Shown piece by piece: positions 29,089-38,892 of a stretch of DNA of 64,000 nucleotides. A program made the position numbers and the translations under genes. This stretch comes from Desulfobacterales bacterium (GTDB lineage Bacteria > Desulfobacterota > Desulfobacteria > Desulfobacterales > UBA2174). Every line of letters starts with the position of its first letter. The stretch's first letter is position 1. Below the pieces are notes generated by a model. The model was given only the letters and a program-made list of their open reading frames with translations, was not told where the DNA came from and did not search any database. The stretch covers positions 128,001 to 192,000 of the forward strand of contig CAXXWC010000006.1 of NCBI GenBank assembly GCA_963668645.2. The letters run 5' to 3'.

Positions 29089-29118
29089 CGATCTTTACAA
29101 ATTTGATTGTAAAAATCG
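29089..29118. promoter_or_regulatory. Palindromic operator-like site upstream of the sigma54 activator gene
   Basis: CGATcTTTACAA-N6-TTGTAAAaATCG, next to TTGCAA-N18-TATAAA. Confidence 0.5.
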
Positions 29119-29215
29119 ATTCTTGCAAGTTGCAACAGAGGAAAGGTATAAAGACCGAACACCGTTTTTGAAAATCCAATCTTTACCCGTAGAACCGGCT
29201 GAAAAGAAACACCCA

Positions 29216-30658
29216 ATGGCACCAGACAACGAAGACAAAAAGAAGGCCCTTTCCGCTTCGACCAGCGAGCACTCCAAGCACAAATCGGTCCTTGAATACA
29301 TCTCTGCGGATCTGCTCGAAAGCCTGATCGACAATCCATACGAAAGTTTGATCCTGGTGGATGCCGACGGGATCGTGCGGTTCGTTAACAACAGCTACGA
29401 AAAAGCCTATTCACGAAAATTTAAGGACTTCATCGGCCGTTATGTGCTGGAGGTGGCCCCGGAAAGCAGGCTGCCGGAAGTGCTCGAAACCGGCAAGGTC
29501 ATCGTGGACCGCAGCCGTATTCTGGAGGACAAAAGCCAAATCGTCATCCGCCTGCCGCTCAGAAAACACGGCAAACTGACCGGCGCCCTGGGCAAGGTGA
29601 TTTTCGCCCCTGCAGAAACGCTTCAGGAGCTGGCCCGCAAAATCACCGCCCTGGAAAAAAATCTGGCCCTCTATAAAGAGGCGCTGAAAAGCACGTGCAC
29701 CAGTCGCTACACCTTCGAAGACATCATCGGTGAAACCGAAGGCATGCGCCGGGCCAAAGCCCTTGCACGCCAGAGTGCGGCAACGGATGCGGCCGTTCTC
29801 ATACTGGGCGAGTCGGGCTCCGGCAAGGAGCTGTTCGCCCACGCGATCCATTCGGCGAGTCCCCGGCGGGAAAAGGCCTTTGTGAGCGTTAATTGCACCG
29901 CCATTCCCAACGAACTGATCGAATCCGAACTTTTCGGCTACGATCCCGGAGCGTTTACCGGATCGTTGCGCAAGGGCAAAAAAGGCAAATTCGAGCTTGC
30001 CGATAAAGGGACCATTCACCTGGATGAAATCGGCGACATGCCGTACCTGATGCAATCCAAGCTGCTGCGGGTGCTGGAAGAAGGCGAGATCGAGAAAGTC
30101 GGCGGCACCGTTCCCCAGCAGGTCGATTTTCGTCTGATTTGCACCACCAACCGGCCCCTGGAAGAGATGGTGAAAAAGGGCACCTTCCGCCTCGACCTGT
30201 TCTACCGCATCAACGTGATCGCCATCGTGGTCCCGCCGCTGCGGGACAACCGCGATGATATCCCCTTGATCGTCCAACATTTTTTGCACCGGCTGAAGGG
30301 CGCCAAGGCGGTTGAGGTCGAATCGATCTCCGATCAGGCCCTCGGGGTTCTCATGCGCTACAACTGGCCGGGAAACGTCCGGGAGCTAAAAAACGTGGTC
30401 GAACGGGCCATCGCGCTGTGCCGGGGGTCCGTCATCGAAATCGACGATCTACCCTCCTCGCTGCTCCAGGGCGCCTTGTGCGGGTCGAGAATGGAACCGG
30501 TGCGGCCGCTGAAGCAAATCACCGGTGCCGCCGAGCACCAGGCGATCCTCCAGGCGCTGCGCGCAACGGACAACAATAAAAGCGCCGCCGCCAAACTGCT
30601 GGAAATCCACCGCACCGCCCTTTACCAAAAGATGGTCAAATACGGCATTCCCGTCTAA
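29216..30658 (+). CDS. PAS-domain sigma54-dependent activator
   Basis: PAS, GESGSGKE, ESELFG, GAFTGS, LDEIG, FRLDLFYR, WPGNVREL, HTH. Confidence 0.93.
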   Translation: MAPDNEDKKKALSASTSEHSKHKSVLEYISADLLESLIDNPYESLILVDADGIVRFVNNSYEKAYSRKFKDFIGRYVLEVAPESRLPEVLETGKVIVDRSRILEDKSQIVIRLPLRKHGKLTGALGKVIFAPAETLQELARKITALEKNLALYKEALKSTCTSRYTFEDIIGETEGMRRAKALARQSAATDAAVLILGESGSGKELFAHAIHSASPRREKAFVSVNCTAIPNELIESELFGYDPGAFTGSLRKGKKGKFELADKGTIHLDEIGDMPYLMQSKLLRVLEEGEIEKVGGTVPQQVDFRLICTTNRPLEEMVKKGTFRLDLFYRINVIAIVVPPLRDNRDDIPLIVQHFLHRLKGAKAVEVESISDQALGVLMRYNWPGNVRELKNVVERAIALCRGSVIEIDDLPSSLLQGALCGSRMEPVRPLKQITGAAEHQAILQALRATDNNKSAAAKLLEIHRTALYQKMVKYGIPV

Positions 30659-30683
30659 GACCCGGCCCTTTTCAGCCGCTCCA

Positions 30684-30719
30684 TGTAGAAAATTTCCTAC
30701 ATGTCGATTTTTATCTACA
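30684..30719. promoter_or_regulatory. Tandem enhancer (UAS) for a sigma54 activator
   Basis: TGTAG-N8-CTACA followed directly by TGTCG-N8-CTACA; near-identical array at 32599-32634. Confidence 0.8.
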
Positions 30720-30853
30720 GCCTCTTCGGCTCATCCTGCCTGTTTTCGCTGCCCTGACTTTTTCCCATCTGCCCCCCTTGAGTGCCACACAAACGCGCTT
30801 TGAAGACGAATCACGGCGCGGCAGCAACCATGCCGGCGCCTAACAAATTACAA

Positions 30854-30870
30854 TTGGCAGACATATTGCA
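30854..30870 (+). promoter_or_regulatory. Sigma54 (-24/-12) promoter
   Basis: TTGGCAGACATATTGCA (GG-N10-GC). Confidence 0.85.
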
Positions 30871-31030
30871 GAAAAGTAGCTCCACCGAAAGGTCGATACC
30901 CGCCTGCGGGATTGAAACGCGAAAGCTTCAATCGATGTGCAAAAGAGACGCCGGGCGAAAAATGTGAAGTTGCATTCTGCACGCGCCGGTCTGCTGTATT
31001 CAAGCCAACACTCAAAGAAAGGGACTCATC

Positions 31031-31252
31031 ATGGCAGAAGAGATTACCGCCCCCCTGTCGGGTAAAGTCATCAAAATCAATGCCGAAGCAGGCACTTCAG
31101 TGGAAGAGGACGACGAAATCCTGACCATCGAGGCGATGAAGATGGAAACCCTGGTCTATGCCCCTTGTACCGGGACGATTACCGAAATCCGGGTCAAAAC
31201 CGGAACCGATGTTGAAGAGGACGACGTACTGGCGCTTATCGAAGCGAACTGA
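31031..31252 (+). CDS. Stand-alone biotin carboxyl carrier protein
   Basis: APLSG, EAMKME biotinylation motif. Confidence 0.92.
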   Translation: MAEEITAPLSGKVIKINAEAGTSVEEDDEILTIEAMKMETLVYAPCTGTITEIRVKTGTDVEEDDVLALIEAN

Positions 31253-31275
31253 AGGGCCGTCGATCCAATTTTCGC

Positions 31276-31340
31276 GGTTCATGCCGCCGCCTTGCCGTAT
31301 CCACGGCGGCATGAACCCGAACCCGCCCAAGGTTGGGCGG
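31276..31340. other. Two intercistronic stem-loops
   Basis: GGTTCATGCCGCCG-N14-CGGCGGCATGAACC (perfect 14 bp) and CCGCCCAA-GG-TTGGGCGG; no U-tract. Confidence 0.6.
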
Positions 31341-31369
31341 TGAATTTTCCAGCAAGCAAAGGAGCCATC

Positions 31370-32551
31370 ATGAACGAAGCGGTCATCGTCAGCGCGGTGC
31401 GCACCCCTTTGGGCAACTTCAACGGATCGCTGGCCGGCATCGGCGCCACCCGCCTCGGGGCCATGGCCATCGCCGAGGCCGTCCGGCGCGCCGGCATCGA
31501 CAAGGAGGCGGTCGACGAGGTCATCATGGGCCAGGTCCTGCCCTGCGGCTACGGCCAGAACCCGGCCAAGCAGGCTGCCGTGCAGGCCGGACTGCCCTGG
31601 AAGGCGGAATGCCTGACGATCAACAAGGTCTGCGGCTCGAGCCTCAAAGCAGTGATGCTCGCCGCCCAGGCGATCCAGACCGGCGACGCCGAAGTCGTGG
31701 TGGCCGGCGGCATGGAGAACATGAGCCTGGCCCCCTATTACCTGGAAAAGGCCCGCTTCGGCTACCGCATGGGGCCCGGCGCCATCCAGGACCACATGGT
31801 CCACGACGGGCTGTGGGACATCGTCAACGACTTTCACATGGGCATTTCCAACGAGCTGTGCTCGGAAAAGTACAACGTGACGCGTGAAGACCAGGACCGC
31901 TATGCGGCCGAAAGCTACCGGCGGGCCCTGGCGGCGCGCGACAGCGGCCGCTTCGACGAGGAGATCCTGCCGGTGGAGATCATCCAGCGTAAGGGCGAGC
32001 CGCTGGTGTTCAGCCGCGACGAATGCCCCCGGCCGACGGACTTCGAGACCCTCGGCCGGATGCCGGCCGCCTTTAAAAAGGGCGGGCTGGGCACGGCGGG
32101 CAACGCCTCGATCATCTCCGACGGGGCCGCGGCCACGGTGGTCATGTCCCGGGCGCGGGCCGAAGCCCTGGGCTGCCCGATCCTGGCCACGGTGGGGGCC
32201 CAGGCCTCGGCGGCCATCGACATGAAGTACGTGCTGGTGGCTCCGATCTGGGCCATCCCCAAATGCCTGGCCAAGGAGGGCATCGCCCCGGCCGATGTGG
32301 ACCTGTACGAGATCAACGAGGCCTTTTCCGGCTCCACGGTGGCGGTGGTGCGGGAGCTGGGCCTCGATCCGGCCCGGGTCAACGTCAACGGCGGGGCCGT
32401 CTCGCTGGGCCATCCCATCGGGGCCTCGGGGTGCCGGGTGCTGGTGACCCTGCTCCACGAGATGATCCGCCAGGATAAAAAGACCGGCCTGGCCACTTTA
32501 TGCCTCGGCGGCGGCGAGGCCGTGGCCCTGGTGGTCAAGCGGCAGCCATAA
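31370..32551 (+). CDS. Acetyl-CoA C-acetyltransferase (thiolase)
   Basis: AVRTP, INKVCGS, GGME, NEAF, GHPIGASG, LCLGGG. Confidence 0.95.
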   Translation: MNEAVIVSAVRTPLGNFNGSLAGIGATRLGAMAIAEAVRRAGIDKEAVDEVIMGQVLPCGYGQNPAKQAAVQAGLPWKAECLTINKVCGSSLKAVMLAAQAIQTGDAEVVVAGGMENMSLAPYYLEKARFGYRMGPGAIQDHMVHDGLWDIVNDFHMGISNELCSEKYNVTREDQDRYAAESYRRALAARDSGRFDEEILPVEIIQRKGEPLVFSRDECPRPTDFETLGRMPAAFKKGGLGTAGNASIISDGAAATVVMSRARAEALGCPILATVGAQASAAIDMKYVLVAPIWAIPKCLAKEGIAPADVDLYEINEAFSGSTVAVVRELGLDPARVNVNGGAVSLGHPIGASGCRVLVTLLHEMIRQDKKTGLATLCLGGGEAVALVVKRQP

Positions 32552-32598
32552 AACCGGCCGAATCGGACCGATCCCACCGCTCGGCCTGAAGCACCTGG

Positions 32599-32634
32599 TG
32601 TATTCTTTTATATACATGTCGATTTTTATATACA
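32599..32634. promoter_or_regulatory. Tandem enhancer (UAS), second copy
   Basis: TGTAT-N8-ATACA + TGTCG-N8-ATACA; shares TACATGTCGATTTTTAT.TACA with 30698-30719. Confidence 0.8.
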
Positions 32635-32742
32635 TTATTTTCTGACAGTCTGCACCGCCCAACCGGCCTTACCGGCCCGGCAGAAAAATATTTTTCTTTA
32701 ATTTTCATCAGGTTCCATTGGCCGCCAACATTGTTCACCCAG

Positions 32743-32758
32743 TGGCATGGATTGTGCT
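32743..32758 (+). promoter_or_regulatory. Sigma54 (-24/-12) promoter
   Basis: TGGCATGGATTGTGCT (GG-N10-GC), about 110 bp downstream of the UAS. Confidence 0.7.
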
Positions 32759-32851
32759 CAATGAATCCCAGTCAGTTCATTAAATGATCAGCAAAAAGCA
32801 CCGGCAATCCGTTTGAGATGTTTACCAAGCCAAGATTCCAGGAGAAAACGC

Positions 32852-34234
32852 ATGCCGCCTGAAACCCCAGTCATCGATGCCATCGTTCCCATCACCGACA
32901 ACATCGTCAAACTCCGTTTCGAGGACCTTCCCACGCCGGTGGTCGAAAGCGCCAAGCTTTTCATCATAGATACCATCGGCACGGCCTTGGCAGGATCTAC
33001 GGCCCCGGGGGTACAACCGTTGCTCGACGAGGTCATCGACAACGGCGGCAAACCCGAAAGCACGCTCTGGGGCGCTGGCGGCACCCAGCGCCTGCCGGCT
33101 GCTGCTGCGGCCCTGGCCAACGGTGTGATGGCCCATGCCCGGGATTTCGACGATACTCACGACGCGGCTATCGTACACGCGAACACCTCCGTGCTGCCGG
33201 CAGCCTTTGCCATGGCCGAAAGCCGCCACAGCAACGGTCGGGATCTGATCCTGGCCGTGGTGCTGGGCGTCGATCTGGCCTGCCGTATGGGGCTGGCCGC
33301 ACCGTCGCTGGGCGGCTGGATCCACTCTTCGACGCTGGCCTACTTCGGGTCCACGGCCGCCGCCGGCAAGCTGGCCGGATTGAACGCCGAAAAACTCGTC
33401 CACGCCATGGGCATCGTTTACAGCCAGGTGGCCGGCAACACCCAATGTCTCATCGAAGGAGCACTCTCCAAAAGGATGCAGCCCGCCTTCGGCGCCCGGG
33501 CCGGTATCTTCTCGACGCTGCTGGCCGAACGGGGGGTCACCGGGCCCCAGCATCCGCTGGAGGGCAAGTACGGATTTTTCAACCTCTACCAGCAAGGCCA
33601 CTACTCGCGCGAACGGCTGCTGCAGAACCTGGGCAGCGACTTCGAAAGCATCAACCTGAGCATGAAACCCTATCCGTGCTGCCGGGCCACCCATGCCTCC
33701 ATCGACACGATCCTGGCCTGCCTGGCCGAGACGCCGTTTGCTGCCGAGGAGGTCGACTTCATTTCGGTGCTCGCCCCGCCGGTGGTGATGGACTTCGTCG
33801 GCCGGCCGTTTGCCATTGGCCCCAGTCCTCAGGTCAGTGCCCAGTTTTCCATTCCTTACACGGTGGCCACCTGCATCCTCAACAAGGAGATCTTTATCGG
33901 TGATTTCGAGGACGCCACCGTCTGTTCATCACCGGCCCTGGAATTGGCAAAACGCATTGAGGTGGTCGAACGCAGCGACGTGGAAGACCCCAAAGCGTTC
34001 GTGCCGATCCGTATGGAAATCCGCCTCAAGGACGGCCGTACCATTGTCCGCGAGGCCGATGGCATGAAAGGCAGTCCGCAGCAGCCCATGTCCACCGAGG
34101 AGTGCGTCGCCAAATTCAAAAAGTGCAACGACTACGCCCGCAGGCCTCTGCCGGCCTCAGGAGCCCAGGCCCTCATCGAACAGATTTTGGCCCTGGAAAC
34201 GGTCGCCGACGTTACCGCAATGAGCGCCCTGTAG
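32852..34234 (+). CDS. MmgE/PrpD family protein
   Basis: AALANG..AH..DFDDTH, H, GW.H, KPYPCC..TH, AQFSIPY, GSP..PMS. Confidence 0.9.
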   Translation: MPPETPVIDAIVPITDNIVKLRFEDLPTPVVESAKLFIIDTIGTALAGSTAPGVQPLLDEVIDNGGKPESTLWGAGGTQRLPAAAAALANGVMAHARDFDDTHDAAIVHANTSVLPAAFAMAESRHSNGRDLILAVVLGVDLACRMGLAAPSLGGWIHSSTLAYFGSTAAAGKLAGLNAEKLVHAMGIVYSQVAGNTQCLIEGALSKRMQPAFGARAGIFSTLLAERGVTGPQHPLEGKYGFFNLYQQGHYSRERLLQNLGSDFESINLSMKPYPCCRATHASIDTILACLAETPFAAEEVDFISVLAPPVVMDFVGRPFAIGPSPQVSAQFSIPYTVATCILNKEIFIGDFEDATVCSSPALELAKRIEVVERSDVEDPKAFVPIRMEIRLKDGRTIVREADGMKGSPQQPMSTEECVAKFKKCNDYARRPLPASGAQALIEQILALETVADVTAMSAL

Positions 34235-34306
34235 GATTGATTTTCAACAGGTGCTGAACCCGGTTGCCCGGACCGGTTTAAGATAAACAACAAGGAGAAA
34301 ACGATT

Positions 34307-35503
34307 ATGACACAGGCAAAAGGACCTCTGGCCGGGATTACCGTGATCGATCTGACCATCGCTCTGGCGGGCCCTTTCGCGGCGACGCTGCTTGGCGACC
34401 TGGGTGCCGAGGTAATCCACATCGAACGGGCCGGAGGCGGCGACTTCACACGCCAGTGGGTGCCGATCCAAGGCGACCTGGGCTACTATTTCGCCATCGG
34501 CAACCGCGGCAAAAAATCGATGACCCTTGACCTGAAGACCGAAGCGGGTCGCGAAGTCTTTTTCCGTCTCGTGGAAAAGGCTGACGTGGTGGTGGAAAAC
34601 TTCGTGGCCGGGGTCGTCAACCGGCTCGGCGTCGGCTACGAACAGGTGAGCGCCAGGAATCCGGGCATCGTCTACTGCCATGTCTCCGGTTTCGGCCAGA
34701 ACGGCCCCTATCGGGACCGGCCGGCCTTCGACCAGGTCCTCCAGGGCGAGTCGGGCATCATCAGCTACACAGGCACCGCGGACAATCCCTGCAAGGTGAA
34801 CGTACCGATCACCGACTATCTGTCTTCGCTTTACGGCGCCTACGCCATTCTCGCCGCCCTCTTCCAGCGCCAGCAGACCGGCCTGGGCATGGACCTGGAT
34901 GTATCGCTGTTCGACTGCTCGGTCTCCATGATGCTCAATCTGCTCAACATGCATCACGTAACCGGCATGACCGACCGCGAGCTGCGCATGGGGTCGAAGT
35001 ACTTTCTGGCCACGCCCTATGAACCGTACAAAACGGCGGACGACTCCTGGGTCAACGTCTGCGTGCTGACCGAACCGCACTGGAAGGCCTTTTGCATAGC
35101 GACCGGCCTGATGCACCTGCGCGACGACCCGCGCTTTAAGACCAACAAGGAACGCCTCGAAAACCGCGAGGCGTTGACACCGTTGATCGAAGCGCGCCTG
35201 CTGGAAAAGACGCGCGACGAGTGGGTGCAGATTCTGCTGGCCGAGGGGGTCCCCTGCGGTGCGGTCAACTCCATCGGCGACGTGCTCGAGCACCCGCAGC
35301 TCAAACACCGCAAGACCATCGTCGACATCGACTACCCGGGCCTCGGTCCGATCAAGATGTTCAACAACCCGGTGAAATTCTCCGGTTTCGAGGTTGACGT
35401 GCGCCGCCCGCCGCGTATGGGCGAACACACCGAAGAGATCCTGGCATGGTGCGGCTATACAGAAGACGAACGCACCGAAATGCAAAAAAACGGCATTGTC
35501 TGA
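34307..35503 (+). CDS. Class III CoA-transferase (CaiB/BaiF)
   Basis: PLAGITVIDL, AGP, NRGKKS, ADVVVENF, GFGQNGP, catalytic PITD, GEHT. Confidence 0.93.
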   Translation: MTQAKGPLAGITVIDLTIALAGPFAATLLGDLGAEVIHIERAGGGDFTRQWVPIQGDLGYYFAIGNRGKKSMTLDLKTEAGREVFFRLVEKADVVVENFVAGVVNRLGVGYEQVSARNPGIVYCHVSGFGQNGPYRDRPAFDQVLQGESGIISYTGTADNPCKVNVPITDYLSSLYGAYAILAALFQRQQTGLGMDLDVSLFDCSVSMMLNLLNMHHVTGMTDRELRMGSKYFLATPYEPYKTADDSWVNVCVLTEPHWKAFCIATGLMHLRDDPRFKTNKERLENREALTPLIEARLLEKTRDEWVQILLAEGVPCGAVNSIGDVLEHPQLKHRKTIVDIDYPGLGPIKMFNNPVKFSGFEVDVRRPPRMGEHTEEILAWCGYTEDERTEMQKNGIV

Positions 35504-35537
35504 CCGCCACTGACCTCTGACAAGGATACCCGACTCC

Positions 35538-36071
35538 ATGGACGCTCCGATTCAACGCATCCTTTTCGCCACCGATCTGTCGGCCAAGGCGCGGCACATG
35601 TTTCCCTACGTGGCCAACCTCGCCGCCCGCCACTGCGCCGGATTGGTGATTTTGCACGTGATGCAGGAAACGCCGAAAAAAGAAACCTACATGAACATGG
35701 TTGCCAACCTGATTGGCGAGGAGCGCTGGCTGGCTTTGCGCGAGGCCGACACCCAGCAGGCACGCAGCATTCTGATCGGTAAAAAGACCGAGGCCGACAG
35801 GATCCGCTCGGCCGTGGGCCACTTTTGCGACTTCATGCAAACCGAGCATCCGGAGATCAAGATTCTCGAAAACGACATCATCGCCGTCCAGGGCCCCGTG
35901 GCCGAGACCATCGTGCGAACAGCCGAGGAAACCGGTTGTGATGTGATCGTCATGGGATACCACCGGCGGGGCGGCCTGACCGATGTCATGGCCGGCAATG
36001 TCCTCAAGGCGGTGCTGCGCCAAAGCCGCATGCCGGTGTTCCTGATGCCGCCGCCGGACAAAACCGAATAA
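35538..36071 (+). CDS. Universal stress protein
   Basis: ILFATDLS, LHV, CDVIVMG, G.V...VLR....PVF. Confidence 0.85.
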   Translation: MDAPIQRILFATDLSAKARHMFPYVANLAARHCAGLVILHVMQETPKKETYMNMVANLIGEERWLALREADTQQARSILIGKKTEADRIRSAVGHFCDFMQTEHPEIKILENDIIAVQGPVAETIVRTAEETGCDVIVMGYHRRGGLTDVMAGNVLKAVLRQSRMPVFLMPPPDKTE

Positions 36072-36115
36072 CAGCCGAGCGCCGAATAGCGCAACTTAGG
36101 ACAAGGGGGAAGAAT

Positions 36116-37657
36116 TTGGACCGGATTAGCCAACTCAAGGAGCGAAAGGCGCGTATCGTCGATGCGATCCGCCCGGAAACCAAGGAAAAGTTGTTTTACA
36201 GCAAGGGCATGTACCCGGCGCGCGAGCGCATCGCCAAACTGCTGGACCCGGACTCTTTTTTTGAAATCGATATGCTGGCCACCCACCATTACAAAGAATT
36301 CGGCATGGATCAGCGCCAGATCCCCGCCGAAGGCGTCATCACGGGTTTTGGCTGCATCAACGGACGCAAGGTGGCGGTCTATGCCCAGGATTTTGCGGCC
36401 CTGGGCGGCTCCTACGGCGAAATGAGCGGCCGTAAGATCTGCGCCCTGATGGACACCGCCGCCACTTCCGGCATTCCGATCATCGGCATCTGCCATTCGG
36501 GCGGCCTGCGGTTGCACGAAACGCTGGGTCCGATGGAGATGTTCGGCCAGCTTTTCCGCCGCAACAGCATCTATTCGGGCGTCGTGCCCCAAATCTCGAT
36601 CATTCTCGGGGTGGTGGCCGGCGGGCAGGCCTATTCACCTGGACTGACCGATTTTATCCTCATGACCCGCGAAAGCGCCATCTACATCGCCGGTCCGGCT
36701 TTCGTTAAAGCCCAGACCGGGGTGACCATCAGCGACGATGAACTGGGCGGGGCCCGGATGCACGCCCGTAACAACGGGCTGGTGGACATCCTGAGCCAGA
36801 CCGAAGACGAACTTTTCGGCCAAACGCGCCGCCTGCTCGATTATCTGCCGCTCAACTGCCGGGAAGGTGCGCCGCCGGTGCCGGCCGATGACGATCCGGA
36901 ACGCTGCGCCGCTGAGCTCGACACCGTGGTCCCCGAAGCGGCCAACAAACCTTTCGACATGCACCGGGTGATTTTGCCGGTCGTCGACCAGGGCAGCTTT
37001 CAGGAGCTTAAAGCCAAACACGCACGCAACATGATCATCGGTTTTGCGCGGCTGGCCGGGCGCAGCGTCGGTGTGGTCGCCAACCAGCCCAATCACCTGG
37101 GCGGTTTGATTGACATCGATGCCGCGGAAAAGGCGGCCCGCTTCGTTCGCTTTTGCGATGCCTTCAACCTTCCAGTGGTCACATTCCAGGATTCGCCGGC
37201 CTACAAGATCGGCAAAAAAATGGAAGAAGCCGGCATCATCTACAACGGCGCCAAGCTGCTGCACGCCTATGCCGAGGCCACCGTACCCAAGGTGACCGTC
37301 ATCGTCAGAAAAGCCTATGCCGGGGCCTATATCGCCATGGGCAGCCAGTACATCGGTGCCGATTTGGTCTATGCCTGGCCGACGGCCGAAATCTCCAGCG
37401 TGGGGCCCGATACGGCCGCCAGCATCATCTTCCGCAAGCAGATCGCCGCATCGGAAAACCCCGCTGAAACGTCGTCACGCCTGACCCAGGAGTATTACGA
37501 CAAATTCGTCCAACCCTATCGGGCCGCCTCTTTGCGCCACATCAACGATATCATCGAGCCGCGCACCACACGGCCGACGTTGATCCGCTCGCTGGCCCTG
37601 CTGGAAGACAAAAACGAAGTACGGCCGTTTCGCAAGCATGGCAACATTCCCCTGTGA
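36116..37657 (+). CDS. Acyl-CoA carboxylase/decarboxylase carboxyltransferase subunit
   Basis: ARERI..LLD, AQDF..LGGS, SGVVPQIS, ANQP, KAARF..FCD.F, RKAY.GAY, RKHGNIPL. Confidence 0.92.
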   Translation: MDRISQLKERKARIVDAIRPETKEKLFYSKGMYPARERIAKLLDPDSFFEIDMLATHHYKEFGMDQRQIPAEGVITGFGCINGRKVAVYAQDFAALGGSYGEMSGRKICALMDTAATSGIPIIGICHSGGLRLHETLGPMEMFGQLFRRNSIYSGVVPQISIILGVVAGGQAYSPGLTDFILMTRESAIYIAGPAFVKAQTGVTISDDELGGARMHARNNGLVDILSQTEDELFGQTRRLLDYLPLNCREGAPPVPADDDPERCAAELDTVVPEAANKPFDMHRVILPVVDQGSFQELKAKHARNMIIGFARLAGRSVGVVANQPNHLGGLIDIDAAEKAARFVRFCDAFNLPVVTFQDSPAYKIGKKMEEAGIIYNGAKLLHAYAEATVPKVTVIVRKAYAGAYIAMGSQYIGADLVYAWPTAEISSVGPDTAASIIFRKQIAASENPAETSSRLTQEYYDKFVQPYRAASLRHINDIIEPRTTRPTLIRSLALLEDKNEVRPFRKHGNIPL

Positions 37658-37693
37658 AAACGGCCTTGCCGAATCTAATGAAAGGGACAACTG

Positions 37694-38854
37694 ATGATCG
37701 AACTGAGTAAAGAAATCCAGGCCATCCAGAAAGTCGCCCGTGAATTTGCCCGCAAGGAGGTCCTGCCGAGGGTGGCCGAAGACGAAAAGAACCACACTTT
37801 TCAAAAAGACCTGGTCCTCAAAATGGCCGAACTCGACTTTTTCGGCTGTCCGATTCCAGAGGCCTACGGCGGCAATGAAATGGGCTTTCTGGCCCACACG
37901 GTGCTCACCGAAGAAATCTCCAAGGTCAGCGGGTCGCTGCGCGCCGCCTTCAACATGCAGACCATGGGCACGGCCAGGGAGATATACCAATTCGGCACCG
38001 ACCCCCAGAAACGCCGCTATATCGAGCCGCTGGTAAAGGCCGAAACCCTCGGGTGCATCTGCATCACCGAGGCCGACGCCGGTTCGGACGTCGGCGGCGT
38101 GAAGACCGTGGCCGAAAAACGCGGTGACATCTATATACTCAACGGCTCGAAGAACTGGATCACCTACGCCCAGGTCGCCGATGTGGGCCTCGTATACGCC
38201 TATACCGACCCGTCAAAACGCTACAAGGGGATGTCGGCCTTCATCGTCGACATGCACTCACCGGGCGTCAAGGCCGGCGCCACCGCCGAAAAGCTCGGGT
38301 GGCGGGCCTGCCCCACCGGGGAGCTCTTTTTCGACAACGTCGAGGTGCCGGCGGAAAACCTGCTTGGCGGGGTGGAGAACCAGGGCTTCAAGTTCGTCGT
38401 CTCCGGGCTCAACAACACGCGTCTTTCCGCATCGGCCGGAGCCCTAGGCGTCAGCCAGGCGCTAATCGAAGAGTCGGTCCGCTATGCCAAGACGCGCGAG
38501 CAGTTCGGCCAGCCGGTGGGCCAGTTTCAGATGGTCCAGGAGGAGCTGGCGCGCATGATCGCCGAGACCGAGGCGGCCCGGCTGCTGGTCTACCAGTCCG
38601 CCATGCAAAAGGACGCCGGTATTCTCAACAACACCCGCGAGACGGTCATCGCCAAATACTATGCCTGCGATGTGGCCAGCCGCGTGGCCGACTGTGCCCT
38701 GCGCATTCACGGCGCCTACGGCTACTCGAGTGAATACCCGGTGGAACGGCTGCTGCGCGACGCCAAACTCTACCAGCTGCTGGAAGGATCGGCCAACATC
38801 TGCAAGATGGTCATCGCCACCGACGCCCTGGGCTATCGCAAAGCGAATCGTTAA
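37694..38854 (+). CDS. Acyl-CoA dehydrogenase, non-decarboxylating glutaryl-CoA dehydrogenase-like
   Basis: SLR..FNM, ITE.DAGSD, PTGELF, LNNTRLS, LEGSANICKM.IA.D.LG.RKANR C-terminus recalled from the Desulfococcus enzyme. Confidence 0.8.
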   Translation: MIELSKEIQAIQKVAREFARKEVLPRVAEDEKNHTFQKDLVLKMAELDFFGCPIPEAYGGNEMGFLAHTVLTEEISKVSGSLRAAFNMQTMGTAREIYQFGTDPQKRRYIEPLVKAETLGCICITEADAGSDVGGVKTVAEKRGDIYILNGSKNWITYAQVADVGLVYAYTDPSKRYKGMSAFIVDMHSPGVKAGATAEKLGWRACPTGELFFDNVEVPAENLLGGVENQGFKFVVSGLNNTRLSASAGALGVSQALIEESVRYAKTREQFGQPVGQFQMVQEELARMIAETEAARLLVYQSAMQKDAGILNNTRETVIAKYYACDVASRVADCALRIHGAYGYSSEYPVERLLRDAKLYQLLEGSANICKMVIATDALGYRKANR

Positions 38855-38861
38855 ACCAAAA

Positions 38862-38892
38862 TCCCTGCCCCAAAGGCAGGGAATTTTATTTT
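38862..38892 (+). terminator. Rho-independent terminator
   Basis: TCCCTGCC-CCAAA-GGCAGGGA followed by ATTTTATTTT. Confidence 0.7.
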
